Below the pieces are notes generated by a model. That model had not been told where the DNA came from. It was given only the letters and a program-made list of their open reading frames with translations, and made no database searches. A DNA stretch of 63,995 bases, the filler included, from Alloascoidea hylecoeti (lineage: Eukaryota): assembly GCA_001600815.1 (NCBI GenBank). It is 5 parts of 5 records of this genome, joined end to end, with 100 filler letters (N's around TTAATTAATTAA, not from the genome) between each part and the next. Parts side by side here need not be neighbours in the genome. Positions count along the whole stretch, not along the records: positions 1 to 29,587 come from BCKZ01000030.1; 4 more parts are not named here. One strand, written 5' to 3'. This document shows positions 13,007-26,200 of this stretch, one piece after another (the stretch's first letter is position 1; every line of letters begins with the position of its first letter). Both the position numbers and the translations under genes were made by a program.

Positions 13007-13384
13007 ATGTTTGCATTATCTCGCCAGTTCATGAGCCCAATGGGGTGCTCGGTTAGGAGGCAGGTCGGACAAAGACAATTTTCTATGTTTACGGTTTCCC
13101 CGTTGACTGCGTTACGACAGAATGTTCCAACTCCAACAACAACCTCCACACCATCTGTACTCCCATCACCAACATGGTCGTCCACAAGCTCAGTACAAAT
13201 CCAATCGGTTCTGCCCTTATTTGGGGGTATAATGCAAAGAAGATGGTCAAGAGGTAATACATACCAACCAAGTACATTGAAGCGAAAGCGTAAATTTGGA
13301 TTTTTGGCACGTATGAGATCCAGAACAGGTAGAAAAATAGTTGCAAGAAGAAAACATAAAGGAAGATGGTTCCTAACACACTAA
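13007..13384 (+). CDS. MRX14: Mitochondrial ribosomal protein bL34m
   Basis: C-terminal [23 protein letters not shown]34 domain after a presequence-like N-terminus. Confidence 0.92.
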   Translation: MFALSRQFMSPMGCSVRRQVGQRQFSMFTVSPLTALRQNVPTPTTTSTPSVLPSPTWSSTSSVQIQSVLPLFGGIMQRRWSRGNTYQPSTLKRKRKFGFLARMRSRTGRKIVARRKHKGRWFLTH

Positions 13385-13645
13385 ATAAATGTTTGGTATT
13401 TATAACTTTGGAGGTTTATTAATGTATATATTTAACAATCAAATATCAAACCATTATCATTATCATTGTTTGTAAATATTTATATTTCATGCCTGTATAT
13501 ACGCGGAGTGTGTAGTTTTCATACCGACTGTATTTCCATTTTATTTCATTCGATTGGATTGGATTGGTAAAATTTTCAGAGACACAAACAGCCTTTTCAT
13601 CAAAATATACCAAATATTTGAGAAATATTATTTAAATGAAACAAA

Positions 13646-14542
13646 ATGTCAATTAGAAAGCCTTTTATCAAAAGTGTCAACAATATCAGCAGTTCATTAA
13701 GTTATGCTACTTCCTTCAATCTCAGTAAACATATAGATTTGAATAGACATTTCACTCATTCATCCAAAAAAAATGCTGCTATTTCAGATGTTGCCGTACT
13801 TGCCAGAAGAAAAGATAAAGAACAAAGTAAAAAAGCAGCAGCTATTGAAGAAACAAGAAGAGTTAATGCTGCGAAAATGAGTATAAAAGGTCATCCATTA
13901 TATATGGACATTCCAAAAGCATTAAGATATATAAGAGCTGTGGAAGTTGGAAGATCTGGAAATGAAGCAGTTATTTGTTTAACAACATTAATTACTAAAA
14001 ATTCAGGTGTTATTGATGTTGCTGGTTCAGTTAAATTTCCACATAGTTTTAGAGGTAATAAAATTATTGTTTTCACACAACAAGAAAAAGCTCAAGAAAT
14101 TGCAAGAAATAATGGTGCAACATTAGTTGGTGGTATTAAATTAGTTGAACAAATTAAAAATGGTGAAATTAATTTAGATTTTCAAAAAGCTTTAGCAACT
14201 CCTGATATGTTATCATCATTAAGATCTGCTGCAAGAATTTTAGGTCCTGTTGGTTTATTACCAAATGCAAAAAGAGGTACTGTTACTGATGATATTGAAT
14301 CTGCTTTAGCTGCTCTTGGTGATTTTACCTATTATAAACAATATAAAGATATTTTAACTATTCCAATTGGAAGATCTGATTTTACTGATATACAAATAAT
14401 GGAGAATTTAATTGCATTGGTTGATTCTTTAAAAGAAACAAAAAATAATACTAAAATAAGGAGGAAAACTGTTTATTTTAGTGGTACTACTATAACTTCA
14501 ACTCATTCACCTGCTTTTCGTATTGATTTAGGATTAAATTAA
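13646..14542 (+). CDS. MRPL1: Mitochondrial ribosomal protein uL1m
   Basis: L1 motifs ARILGPVGLLPNAKRGTV and GATLVGG; synteny with bL34m and TMA64. Confidence 0.9.
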   Translation: MSIRKPFIKSVNNISSSLSYATSFNLSKHIDLNRHFTHSSKKNAAISDVAVLARRKDKEQSKKAAAIEETRRVNAAKMSIKGHPLYMDIPKALRYIRAVEVGRSGNEAVICLTTLITKNSGVIDVAGSVKFPHSFRGNKIIVFTQQEKAQEIARNNGATLVGGIKLVEQIKNGEINLDFQKALATPDMLSSLRSAARILGPVGLLPNAKRGTVTDDIESALAALGDFTYYKQYKDILTIPIGRSDFTDIQIMENLIALVDSLKETKNNTKIRRKTVYFSGTTITSTHSPAFRIDLGLN

Positions 14543-14762
14543 TATTTTTCATATATAATTGGTGAAAGAATAAAAATAATTGTAAATACTTTGATCATGA
14601 TAATTCTATTAATATATATTAATTGATACACAAAAAGAATTTTTGATGATGTTAAACTTATCTTCTTTCCATTTGTAACTTCCTTCTTTTACTTTACAAT
14701 TACTTCTTAAATATATTAATAATCTTGCCAAAAAAACAAGGTAGCATTTGCAAATAACCGCT

Positions 14763-14797
<35 letters not shown>

Positions 14798-14834
14798 CAC
14801 ATTAAATTGTAAAATCAAATCATTAATACTTACA

Positions 14835-16343
14835 ATGAGGCTAATAACAACTAATAAATCAAACAATATAATATGCATAACTTGGGTAAATAAATATCTT
14901 AATATCTACATCTTCGTTTTCCAATTGCACAATTCAAAACAATTTATATTAACATCTTTCAATTAGATACAATTTATCATTGGATTGATAATTTCATTTG
15001 GTATTCATTCATATTCTTCCTGTCAAACAAATCTACCATTTTTAAAATTTCAAGAACTAGAAAAGGAAATAAATATTATTGAAACGGCTTACTGTTTACA
15101 ACAGCAGACAAAGATACCTATTGCACAAACACAAACATTTAATAATCAAACTATTGATACCAGCTTATGGATGAACAACTTTATAAAAAATACTATTAAA
15201 AGTAAAGCGCTTGCAATTTGTGGTAAAAAACAACCTACTGGAATGAATAGTGATCAATCACAAATCACAATTGGAAAATCTACACATTTAGATTCACAGG
15301 AATTAAAAACTAAAGATGATAATAAAAGTCTTTCAGTATATTCACCAAATTCACAAAATACTGGGTTAAATTCAATATCATTTACATATCATCCAAAAAT
15401 TCAAATAATTTTTTCATTATTTTATGAAGGTTCAATGCCAATATCATGGGAAATTAATGACATTTTAAAAGAATATTTTACACCAATAAGGAATTTTTTA
15501 TTTCATATTTATGATTTTAATGTTGATACTCAAATACAAATATATACCAAGATACCTAAAGATATAATTAATAATAATAATAATGATAAAATAAGAGTTA
15601 TAAAAGATTCTAATATTTTTGCTGATACACATTATTGGAATTTAAAAAATATTCATTCTAAAAAAAATTTAAATTTTATTCTTTATGTTCCTGAAATAAA
15701 TTCAAATCCTTTAAAATTTTCAATAAATGATAATGATGATTATGGAGATAATATTATTATTAATGAAAGAGGAGGAGTTGTTATTTTAAATCCAAATTTA
15801 AATACAAGTTTAGATTCAAATTCAAATTCAATTCATTTAAATAAAAATGATCTTATACCTATTTTTGAAACTTTTAATAGACAATTATTTCAATTATTAG
15901 GATTAAAAGACTTTCTTAGTTCAAAATCACAAAAAGTTAATGATAATATTAAATCAAGAATAATGATAAATTTAGCAATTAAATCAATTAAAACAAGTAC
16001 ACAAGTATTAAATTCGTTAATTACTATAAACTCAAGAACAAATATGTTTTTAATTACTGAAAAAGGTAATGAAGATATTAAAAATATAATTGAATTAATT
16101 GAAAAATCTTCTAAAATTTTAAAACATCAAATTAAAAATCATAATAATCATAATAACTATGATGAAATTGAATTAGAAAATGCTTTAAAATTTGCTCAAA
16201 AATCTTTATTACTTTCAGAAAATATTCAAATTAAAAAAAGATCATTCAAACAAGCTGGAAATTATTCAGAATATAAATTTAGAGTTGAATATATTTTATA
16301 TTTTTGGATCATGTTTATATATCTTATTTCTGGATTTTTATAA
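14835..16343 (+). CDS. Divergent GPI transamidase subunit PIG-S/Gpi17-like protein (exons 14835-14885, 14967-16343)
   Basis: YHPKIQIIFSL...ISWEINDILKEYFTP...FNVDTQIQ and LNFILYVP resemble PIG-S; hydrophobic segments at both ends. Putative intron 14886-14966 (GTAAAT, TATTAAC, TAG) restores an in-frame ATG. Confidence 0.7.
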
Positions 16344-16360
16344 TTTCTATACATAAAATT

Positions 16361-18166
16361 TTAATTTATTTTCTTTTTCTTTTTACCCTTTGCATTTTCT
16401 TTAATTTCAATCCAGTTTTTGTTTAAACCCTTTTCAATTAATAATTTAGTAACAATTGAAACATGAGATCCTTGTACCATAACTTCAATCTGTGATGGTT
16501 TGCCACCATTAACAGGTCCTAAAGTAGTTGAACCAGAGCAAGCAACTCTTAAATCATGTTGAAAATCTTTTGGATCAATATTGAAATCTTCTAAATTTGT
16601 TATTAAAGTAACTGTTTTTCTACCCAATCTTGTAGCAGTTGTAACTTTAACTGTTGGAATTGAACCTTTAATTGGTATAATTTCTGATTCATTTTCATTA
16701 GAACGAAATAGTTTATAGTATGGAGTACATTGAGATTGTAATAATAAAAGAATTTTATTACGTTCAATTTTACCAATTGGTATATTTAACGATGATGATA
16801 ATATATCATCAATTTGAATAAATTTTGGATTTGGTTTAAAAATTAATTCTTTTTTTGAAATATATAAATCAAGAATTTGTTTTAATTGTTGTGATGAATG
16901 ATATTGTAATTGAGATAAATCTAAAGATTGGAAAAGTTGTTGTTGTTTTCGTGTTGATTTATAAAGAATTCTTGAAAGTAGTTGATTTGAATTAACATTA
17001 TTTGTTGATGTTGAAGTTGATGATGTAGTATTAGTATTGGCAGTTGTAGAATTTTGAACTTTATAAGGTATGAAATTTTTTAATTTTTCATTATTTGATT
17101 TATCAGAAAATGAAATTATTTTAAAATCATCAGTTTTTCCTTTTAATTTTAAAAATCCATCTCTTTCCATTGTTTTTAAAAATTTATAACTTTTTTTCCA
17201 ACTTGTTTTTTTAATTGTTAATAAATTTGAATTTAAATTTATTGGTAATCTTTTTGGAAATGATTTTAAAATATAATCATTCATAAAACTTGATGATGAT
17301 ATTGGTGTGGTTGGTTTATTTGTTGTTAGGACTTGTAATAAGGATTGAGTGAATAGGAAGTCTATATCGATTTGTAAAGTTTTTAAATCTTCTTCTTCAT
17401 CTTTATCTTTTTTGATGGCATCTTCATCTTTTTCTTTTTCTTTTTCGATGACTTCTTCATGATCTTTATCAACAGCAGTTGACTGTTCAATTTCATCAAT
17501 GACTTCAGCAACACCACCTTCTGCATCATTTTCATTTTCATTTTCATCAACTTTCTCTTCTACTTTAGGTATTTCAATCTTTAAATCTTTAGGAATTGGT
17601 GATTTCTTCAACATAAACAATCCATCATCAACAACGTGATAATTTTCAACTCCTCTACCAGTTCTTCCAATTGTCCCCGATTCATTAAACTGTGTAAAAT
17701 CCAAAAGACATTTCCCAACACATAAAATAACATTTGGGTCATCAATTGAAGAAATTCCAACAATTTTTCCAGTTTTAGCTTCCATTGGAAACGGTGGTAT
17801 TGAACCTGGTACCATAAGATCTGCACCACCTTTTAATTTATCAATAACTAATTTATGAGTTTTAACAATTGGTAATAAAAATGGACAATTCCAAACTGTA
17901 AAAACTGATGGAATTATATCATTATTATTATTTCTTGTTTCAAACCATAATGGTTTTTTATCTTTATCTGTATAAATTAATCCTTTTGATGTTGTTGTTA
18001 TGAATTTTCCTGACATACAACCAATTGGTAATATTATTTGTTGAAGTTCTGATGATAAATCATTTTGATTTAAATTGTATAAGTTACAAATTCTGGTTAG
18101 AAGTTTACGACGCTCTGAGTTTTTTAATGCTGATAAAGGTTTTAATTGTGGTTGTTTTTTGAACAT
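16361..18166 (-). CDS. TMA64: eIF2D/Tma64 translation factor (PUA, SWIB, SUI1 domains; 601 aa)
   Basis: MFKKQP...LKNSERRKL start, GADLMVPG PUA motif, C-terminal SUI1 (RLGRKTVT...VQG). Confidence 0.92.
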   Translation of the reverse strand: MFKKQPQLKPLSALKNSERRKLLTRICNLYNLNQNDLSSELQQIILPIGCMSGKFITTTSKGLIYTDKDKKPLWFETRNNNNDIIPSVFTVWNCPFLLPIVKTHKLVIDKLKGGADLMVPGSIPPFPMEAKTGKIVGISSIDDPNVILCVGKCLLDFTQFNESGTIGRTGRGVENYHVVDDGLFMLKKSPIPKDLKIEIPKVEEKVDENENENDAEGGVAEVIDEIEQSTAVDKDHEEVIEKEKEKDEDAIKKDKDEEEDLKTLQIDIDFLFTQSLLQVLTTNKPTTPISSSSFMNDYILKSFPKRLPINLNSNLLTIKKTSWKKSYKFLKTMERDGFLKLKGKTDDFKIISFSDKSNNEKLKNFIPYKVQNSTTANTNTTSSTSTSTNNVNSNQLLSRILYKSTRKQQQLFQSLDLSQLQYHSSQQLKQILDLYISKKELIFKPNPKFIQIDDILSSSLNIPIGKIERNKILLLLQSQCTPYYKLFRSNENESEIIPIKGSIPTVKVTTATRLGRKTVTLITNLEDFNIDPKDFQHDLRVACSGSTTLGPVNGGKPSQIEVMVQGSHVSIVTKLLIEKGLNKNWIEIKENAKGKKKKKIN

Positions 18167-18376
18167 ATTTTCACTTTTGTGCTGATGAAGGAAAAAAGCT
18201 AAGGATAAAAGAGGTTGGGTTTTTTTATTATTAGTTCTGTGGATGTATGACCATTTGGCACACTGCAACTACTATTTAATTCACAAATATCAAGGTATAT
18301 TTCAACTAATATTATTTACATAAATATCATTATTAAGTATCATTAATAAGTATCATTAATAAGTATCATTAAAATT

Positions 18377-19822
18377 TTAAAACTTTTTAAAATTAAATCC
18401 TGCACTTTTCCATCTTGCAAGACAATAAAATATCAAAGAAACCGTCATCATTGCACCAACAAACCCAACATAAGCATCATAATGTTTATTATCACCATTT
18501 CCTAATATTGCTCCACTTATTGGAATTCCTGCAAGAACACCTAAAGAACAAAAGAAAAACATTGTACCATATCTTTTACCATAATCTTCAGGTTTACAAA
18601 TTTGTCCAATACAAACAGGTAAAAGAGAAAAAATTGATGATGTTGGGATACCAAATAAAGCACAAAATATGTATAAAACAGGATGAATATGACCAAAAGG
18701 TAACCAAATAACGAAAATAGTTATAACTCCAACTATTAATGTTAATATGATTGTATTGAATCTACCGATATAATCAGATAAATAACCAGAACCTATGCTA
18801 CCAACAACACCACAACCATTTAAAATAGTTACCATAATAAAAGAATTTGATTCTGAATAACCAACTGCTATAGCATATGAAGAAATATAAGTTAAAGCAG
18901 ATAATAAAGCAATTTCAGAAAAAACTGCACCAAAAACGATAAATGTATATCTTAAATCTTTGAAAGCAGAAAAATCAAAAGCTTTTATAATTAATGATTT
19001 AAAAGAAAGTGGTTCGCGTTTAATATTTCTTTTAGGTTCTTTAACCAATATTAATGTTATTGATAAACAAGCAAGACAAACAAATCCAACTATTCTAATA
19101 GTCCATGGGAACCCAACTTTTTTAAATAATGAACGTTGCATTAATGGGAAAATCATTGCACCAACGGCACCACCACAATTTGCTAAACCAGTAGCTATAC
19201 CTCGTTTTTCATTAAAATAAAGGGATATAACAGCCATTAATGGAGATGATAATAAACCTGCTCCAATACCTGAAGCAATTCCTAATGCTAAAATAAATTG
19301 ATAAAATTCAGTACATAAACTAATCATCATAATTGAGAAAATATGAATAAATAAACCAATTATTGCTAAGACTTTTGCACCATAAAAGTCAAATAATCTA
19401 CCAATGAATATACCTAGGGCAAAACAAATAAAATCAAATAATGAAAAGATCCAACCAACTTGTGATGTTGAATATGATTTTAATTGATGTGTTTCAACAT
19501 GAGCTTCTAATGAACCAAGTGAATTCATAAATCCAAAGGATGTCATTAAACCAAAAAATGAACCAATGACAACTAACCATGCTGTCCATCCACCATCTGG
19601 AACAACGAATTCTTCTGTATTATTATCGTTGTTATTATTGTTTTTACTATCAACTGAAGTATCATCATCAGATTTTTTTGAATTATTAGAATCAGAACTT
19701 GATGGTTCAACTAGTAAATCTGAAAATTTTTCAATTTGAAAAGTATTATTTTTATTAGTCATTGTATTCTGTTTTTCTGTTACAGAAACATTATTACTTT
19801 TTTCAATAGATGAAGTCTCCAT
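18377..19822 (-). CDS. MFS monocarboxylate-transporter homolog (Mch4/Mch5-like)
   Basis: PDGGWTAWLVVIG motif, about 12 hydrophobic segments, SDYIGRFN. Confidence 0.9.
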   Translation of the reverse strand: METSSIEKSNNVSVTEKQNTMTNKNNTFQIEKFSDLLVEPSSSDSNNSKKSDDDTSVDSKNNNNNDNNTEEFVVPDGGWTAWLVVIGSFFGLMTSFGFMNSLGSLEAHVETHQLKSYSTSQVGWIFSLFDFICFALGIFIGRLFDFYGAKVLAIIGLFIHIFSIMMISLCTEFYQFILALGIASGIGAGLLSSPLMAVISLYFNEKRGIATGLANCGGAVGAMIFPLMQRSLFKKVGFPWTIRIVGFVCLACLSITLILVKEPKRNIKREPLSFKSLIIKAFDFSAFKDLRYTFIVFGAVFSEIALLSALTYISSYAIAVGYSESNSFIMVTILNGCGVVGSIGSGYLSDYIGRFNTIILTLIVGVITIFVIWLPFGHIHPVLYIFCALFGIPTSSIFSLLPVCIGQICKPEDYGKRYGTMFFFCSLGVLAGIPISGAILGNGDNKHYDAYVGFVGAMMTVSLIFYCLARWKSAGFNFKKF

Positions 19823-22800
19823 ATACAAAAATTTATAGTTATAGTTGGGAAATTAAAAGTAATATTTTTATTATTTAATAAAGATATTGATTGCTTAATG
19901 GATTTTGAATAGATGTTATAATAACAATAATTAAAAAGAAAAGACATAAAAAAAAACAGTTAAATTTATAAAGGATAATTGAAATCACGAGATGGAAAAA
20001 TAGTTCTAGAAATTGTAAAAATTGGCAATTATCCTGTATAACTTTATAGGGCCCGAGACAAAACGCCGCACGCCGTGTTCCCTGCATAATGTCTCAGCTT
20101 TATAAACAAAACCGTTTTTATACGTTAATTATGATGGGATTATGGACTGGTGGTTACAAAAAGAATTCGCGACAAAACAGAATATTAGTTGAATAATCAA
20201 TTTAAACTACATAGTATATGAATTATAAATTATAAAAAGAGTCAGAGCAAACTTTATACATGCCTGCGTTTCTTTATGCAAGTTTCTGTTTAGACGTTTT
20301 TAGATGTTTGGATGTGAAAAAATAAACGTATAGGTCAGGCTTCTTACTTGACATCATCATCATCAGCCTTGTCCACAATAAGGATTTATACAGTCAGTCC
20401 ACTTAAAAGCAACGTGATTCACTAATTGATTGTTCTTTACTATAGTTATACTGTCATACGGTTCGAACTTCTGGTATAAGAACGTTTTACTAGCTAGTGG
20501 TCCATGATTAAATATCATTCAACTTCACGGTTGATTATGATCACATATTTAATTCGGAAGGTGGAGAGAATTAAGTGAAAAGAATGCATTTGTGGTATAC
20601 CATGTTACATGATATATTACGTATATCTGGATTACCCAGATTAAATATGTAAATAAATGAACAGAGCTATATTTTCTGGGGAGTTTTTCAAACATATTCT
20701 AGATCTGCCTTGCAATAACAATTTGTAATAATATCCTCTTTATGCATATAATGCAGTATAAGCAGGAGAAAATTTATATATATTACCTTATTTAGTATGT
20801 CAGTCTTAACTGCAGCAGAAAAGAACCAGTATACCGGTAAAGCTTTAGAGGCCCACTACAAAAGTTATAAGTCAAACTTTCTATATTGGTATATATTTTA
20901 TAATTAATTTCATGTTCCGATTATAATTATAAGCCTTAATAATATAGCTATTAATCATTGACAGTAAACATCTAGTGCCCGAAAATGTATTGGAATTTCT
21001 GTTAATTTTTAAATAGTAAATATCCATGAACTCATTTTAAGCGATAGATTATTTATTACTTTCAATTTACTGGGGAATTCCTTCTCTTTATTTACTTACA
21101 TTCCTTTGCTTTAAATTTTCTCAATAAAAATTTTTCATATTGATATTGTAAATCTTATACTTGAACAATTTACCATTTTGGCTGATGACAAAGGAAGCAT
21201 CAAACGTAATGGAATATGAATATTGGAAAGAAAAATAGTAGTGAGAGAATTATTCGCTGATACAAATATTTGATTCAATTCTTAGAAAATAATCTGGCGC
21301 ATTCATTGGAACTATAGAAATAAACATAAAATAATTTTATTTATTGGCGATTTATACAGCGATTAATTGACGATTTTGTAAAATTAATTAAAATTAAATG
21401 ATAAAAAAACTATTTATTTGGTGATGTTTATAGAAATTATTAAATATTAAGCCTAGATTATTGGATTTGTAATTATCAGGTAATAGGAATTCTAAACAAT
21501 ATCATAATATGCAATGAATTCACTAACAGTATCAATATTATTATATTTTTTCAACGGAGAAAAGATTAGAAGAGAAGTGAAAACATAGGACATGGATGTA
21601 AGCAGATGATGAAAAGCGATTAGAAATGGAAGAAAAGATAGAAAAAATAATTGACTTTGGTGAAATAAATTATACAACTTTGCATGGCATCAAATATTAT
21701 CTCTGATTATAAAAATATTAGAATATTAAAACTAATTATAAGCAAATTTTAAAGCAGCATCAAATTTAAAAATATTACTCTCCGAAAATATTAATCATGG
21801 AAATATCAGGGAAGAAAATTTAATAGAAAGTTCTGATGGGACTATCTATCTACTTTATAGATTTTGGTTTCTCTAGTAATCGACCACACCTTGAAGAAGA
21901 ATCAAATGAAGTAGGAATAAAACGATTAAAACTTGGAGAGGCAAATGGTATTGAAAAATTGTATGATTTATCTGATAGTTAAAATAATTTATTATTAATT
22001 GTTTTTATATTTTGTCTACTTTTATGAATTTGTGTAGTTATTTATCATTGAGTTTGTATATAATATTTATATTTATATATATAAGTAAAGTAAATTAATA
22101 TAACGGTGTTGATTGAATATTTTATTTCATATATTTCATATATTTCATTTTACATTAAAATTAACTATACCAGTTTTGTGCATATAGTTATTGAATATAT
22201 TTGTTAAAATAGCTATAGTTATAATTGTAATAACTTTTATAAGAGGAATCTTTGAAATAGTGGTACATTTAAGAACTTCTGGTGGACCACCCAAAAGTCT
22301 CAATATCAAACAGAATTAAGAAGACACTGATTTTTGTGTCAACCAGCGGTGAAATGATAAGAGAACTTCTAAAAAATAGTGTGCACTTAAAAGAAAGTAC
22401 ATGTTTTGTAAAGTGACATTGTGATAAATTTAGAACTAGATCACTATGGGCTGATGAAATTTAGGGTATGTTCCATAAATACATTCTGCTCTAAACAAGT
22501 AAATAATCAATGAAAGTGAAGATAAACTGGCAAATAATGAAGTAAGAAGATTCTCAAAATATAGACTTAGGCTGTCTCCAGTGACATAACTAGCGCATCA
22601 TAATGCAATATTTATGTAATAAAATGCATTAGAAAACTATGGTATCATGCAACTCATGGTCGTGGATGAGATGTGTCAAAATTACAATGTTTTTTTTGTC
22701 AAATTTGTGTCAAATGACATTGACTAAATTTAATAATGCATGCACGAGGCTATTACAGGCAATTATATGATCGAAATATGCAAAGCTCACCAACCACCGG

Positions 22801-24076
22801 CCCCAAAGAAAGGATTTCATTACAATATACCAGAGGACAAGCGCTGAAGCTATCAAGAGGTGGAAGTATCAAAAATAAATGGAATACATTTTCATTTTTA
22901 ATTATATGAAGAATTATCTGAACTATCTAAATACACTTAGTTTGTGAAAGAAGTTTGCAAAAAATGGTTAAAAATGAAGTGTCTGATGATGATTGCCGCA
23001 TTTGGACGAATATCTTCAAGGGGATGCCTGAAATTTTATTAGTTCAAATTTCCACCACAATGCTCGAAGGGGGTCCCCTAAAAACTATTCGAAGTGAAAT
23101 TGCTAAAAGGTAAGAGGCACTAATTACAGACAATTTTTTGAAATAACAAAGAGAAATGTGTTGGAAGCACGAAGCTTAAACTTATGAGTTGATTACGCAA
23201 AATCGTAGAAGAACGTTCATACCACAACAAGATTTAAAAAAATATCATTATAAGAATTATGAGATTAATTAGATTTTAGTAATACTATTTTTAATAATTT
23301 ATATTTACTTCTGGATTTGCAATTCATGAATGAATTCGCGAAAAATTTGGATGTTCTGGTACGTAGCCTTTCATTTCCAATCAGTCCTTCCTGACTGTAA
23401 AGAAAGATACAAATTTGTGATTCTAAAATTGGTAAACCAGCTTAAGTATATAGAGATGTATTATTTAAAAGAGTTACAGTTCTTTTGAGATTAGTTTCAA
23501 CTCAGCTTTTACTATGAATATTATAAATACTATGAATTGATTTTCGTTCTTCGTCATTATTCTAAATCTTCTGTTTTCTTCTTCTTGGTTGTGGCATTGA
23601 AATAAAAACTTAATAATCACAAATTATTGAAGTGTGCCTAGATATTATAAATGAATATTACTAATTTTATTATTATCATATTCATACTGATTTATAATTA
23701 TATGAAGTTGTCCACAATATATAATTAAGTTTTCTCAAACCTAAAAAATATATATTTTTTTAGTAATCTCACAGTTAATTTGTAATCATGATCTTACAAT
23801 TACAAATTGGTATAATTGTTGGATATTTGATAGTATAGTTGTAGTTTATAATTCACAGGCTTATCAATTAATAAAAATATAGTTTTTTAGAATATTCAAG
23901 AACATATCTAATGTTGCATATGATGCCCATATCCAATTGACGCATACACTTATTTTTCTATTTAAAGTCCATCTTGTTTGCTCTTATTTTTAAAATATCA
24001 GTTTTAATTTGAACTTCAATTAAAATCATAAAAATATAATATTACATTTACTTTCAGCTTTTCAAAAAAATTAAAA

Positions 24077-24823
24077 ATGTCAACAGTATATTTCATTTCT
24101 GGTGGGAATAGAGGAATTGGATTTTCCCTTGTTAAAGAATTATCTTCAAATTCTCAAAATATAGTTATTGCTTCTGCAAGAGATCCTGAAAAGGCTACTG
24201 AATTACAAGAATGGTCCAGGAAACACCAAAATACTAAGATCGTCACACTTGATATCTCAAATGAGGATAGTATTGCTAGCTTATCAGATCAAGTCTCTAA
24301 GTTTACCGATGCAATTGATGTTTTGATCTCAAATGCTGGGATCTTTGATGAAACAGCTAAAGAATTATTGAGAACAAAAACTTCTTCTTTTAATAGGTTA
24401 TTTACCATCAATTCAGTTGGTCCAGTTTTACTTGTTGGAACACTTAATCCATTTCTATCCAAAAAGGAATCACCCAAAACCATTTTTATTTCTAGTATTG
24501 CTGGTTCTATTGGTGGATTTGATTTTGATGGATTTGGTGCATATGGAGCATCCAAAGCAGCACTCAATTTCCATATGAAGATATTATCTTTAGGCTCAAA
24601 GAATCATACATTTGTTTCCATCCACCCTGGTGTAGTATCTAGTGATATGGGCAAAGTAGCAGTTAAACAAATGGAAGCTGCTGACTTGGATCTTTCTGCT
24701 GCGGGTATAGAAGTTATAACTCCTGATGAATCGGCTTCTAAGATGGTGAAAGTTATCAATGGACTAACTATCAAAGATACAGGATTATTTTTAAATTATG
24801 AAGGAGAACATTTACCTTTCTAA
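24077..24823 (+). CDS. Short-chain dehydrogenase/reductase
   Basis: SGGNRGIG, NAG, YGASK and HPGVV motifs. Confidence 0.93.
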   Translation: MSTVYFISGGNRGIGFSLVKELSSNSQNIVIASARDPEKATELQEWSRKHQNTKIVTLDISNEDSIASLSDQVSKFTDAIDVLISNAGIFDETAKELLRTKTSSFNRLFTINSVGPVLLVGTLNPFLSKKESPKTIFISSIAGSIGGFDFDGFGAYGASKAALNFHMKILSLGSKNHTFVSIHPGVVSSDMGKVAVKQMEAADLDLSAAGIEVITPDESASKMVKVINGLTIKDTGLFLNYEGEHLPF

Positions 24824-26055
24824 GGTTAATTTATCAAACCTATCTACTGTTTAGTACTCTGAATTATAAAGGTTTTTTTTTTTCTTGATATAGAGTTAGT
24901 TTTAGGATTAATTGATAATTAATAATGGAAGTGTTATAATATAAGTTGATTTCGCAAATAAAGAATCAAAAGTAGATGCAGATTATATCGTCACAGTTTT
25001 TAAAATCTATAAAATAAAAATATGACTTCTTATAAGCTATATGTAACATTGTAAATTGAAAATCTTATAAGCTTATATTATGATGGGTATATTCGTTAAT
25101 TTTTCACCATAGAGGATTGTGTTAGATTATATGTTCTGTTTACCTTTTTTTTTTTATTTCTATTTTATTGGTATTGAATATTTTATATGGGTCCTTCAGC
25201 AACTTGAAAGGTTTTAAAAGAAAGATATATCCCCATCGAAATATTACACACCTCACAAATTGTTGAAAGACCGATGTTGATCAATGATAAATGTGGCTGA
25301 AATGAGGTGAGCTGACTGGTCGAATATTATTACTCCATATGGGTGAATATATAGGTAAACAAGTGGCTGATATTAACGCAAACACAGGCCTTAGGAAGAC
25401 TAAATGAGCTCGATGATGGAATCCTTGAAAATGGTTTATATCATGTCGTCTGATAATTGTATATCCCATCCAGGATTTGGAAATTTCAATTGAATTTTTT
25501 AATGTTAACATAATTTCGTCATCAAAAGACACAAAAAGGAAACTAAGTAGAGTGGTTCCTTTTCGCTGACGTATCGCGAGCCTCAGGCCAGAATAAAATA
25601 ACTAAAGCTGGACATGTATAACGTTTAAAAATGGGAAAGAGAATATTTAATATGGTAAGAATACTAATAACTACTTGATTCATCTTATTAAAGGTTTTGT
25701 CACAAATTTTCCATTATAAGTCACGTAGTTTTGAATTAAATATTTTTTGAATTTTTTAATAATTGACTTTATCTTACATTTTCTTGGGTTGTCCATTAAC
25801 CGTTACAAAAATGGACATTTTGTTCATTAATAAACATTTTGAACATGTTTGTATACAATAAAATTTGTGTTCTTCCGCTTCTATTCCACGTATATGCTTG
25901 TTTAATCTTTCCTTCTCTTCTGTTATTTTAAAATCTTATCCTAATGTTGGGTATCCAGCCGATGTAGAAAAAGTCTACACTACACTGTGGTTCTTGTTGA
26001 TTCATGTGAGGCCTCTTCTCTCGATACACTGAATTGTCGGGCAACACTCATAGTC

Positions 26056-26200
26056 ATAGTGCTATTTTTGAAAGTAATCAACGATATATTCGGGAGTTAA
26101 TTAGCGTTATTTCCGTAAATTAATTCGCTTTATTTTTGGATATTAATTAGTGATCTTGCAGATATATTATTAGCGTTACCGAGGAAATTTTGGTGCTAAA
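26056..26200 (+). repeat. Family B terminal-repeat fragment
   Basis: 26056-26125 is 69/70 identical to 28729-28798; TAGTGCTATTTT start and AATTAGCG units. Confidence 0.75.

Noticed and set aside
14764..14789. (TA)n microsatellites (also 42041-42061) and the 13-bp triple repeat near 18330-18372
   Set aside because: Ordinary simple repeats in AT-rich DNA.
20455..20480. GGTTCGAA as a tRNA B-box
   Set aside because: No cloverleaf or A-box; no tRNA gene seen in the window.
21200..23300. Coding-like decayed sequence (also 8000-8720)
   Set aside because: Many stops and no assignable motif.
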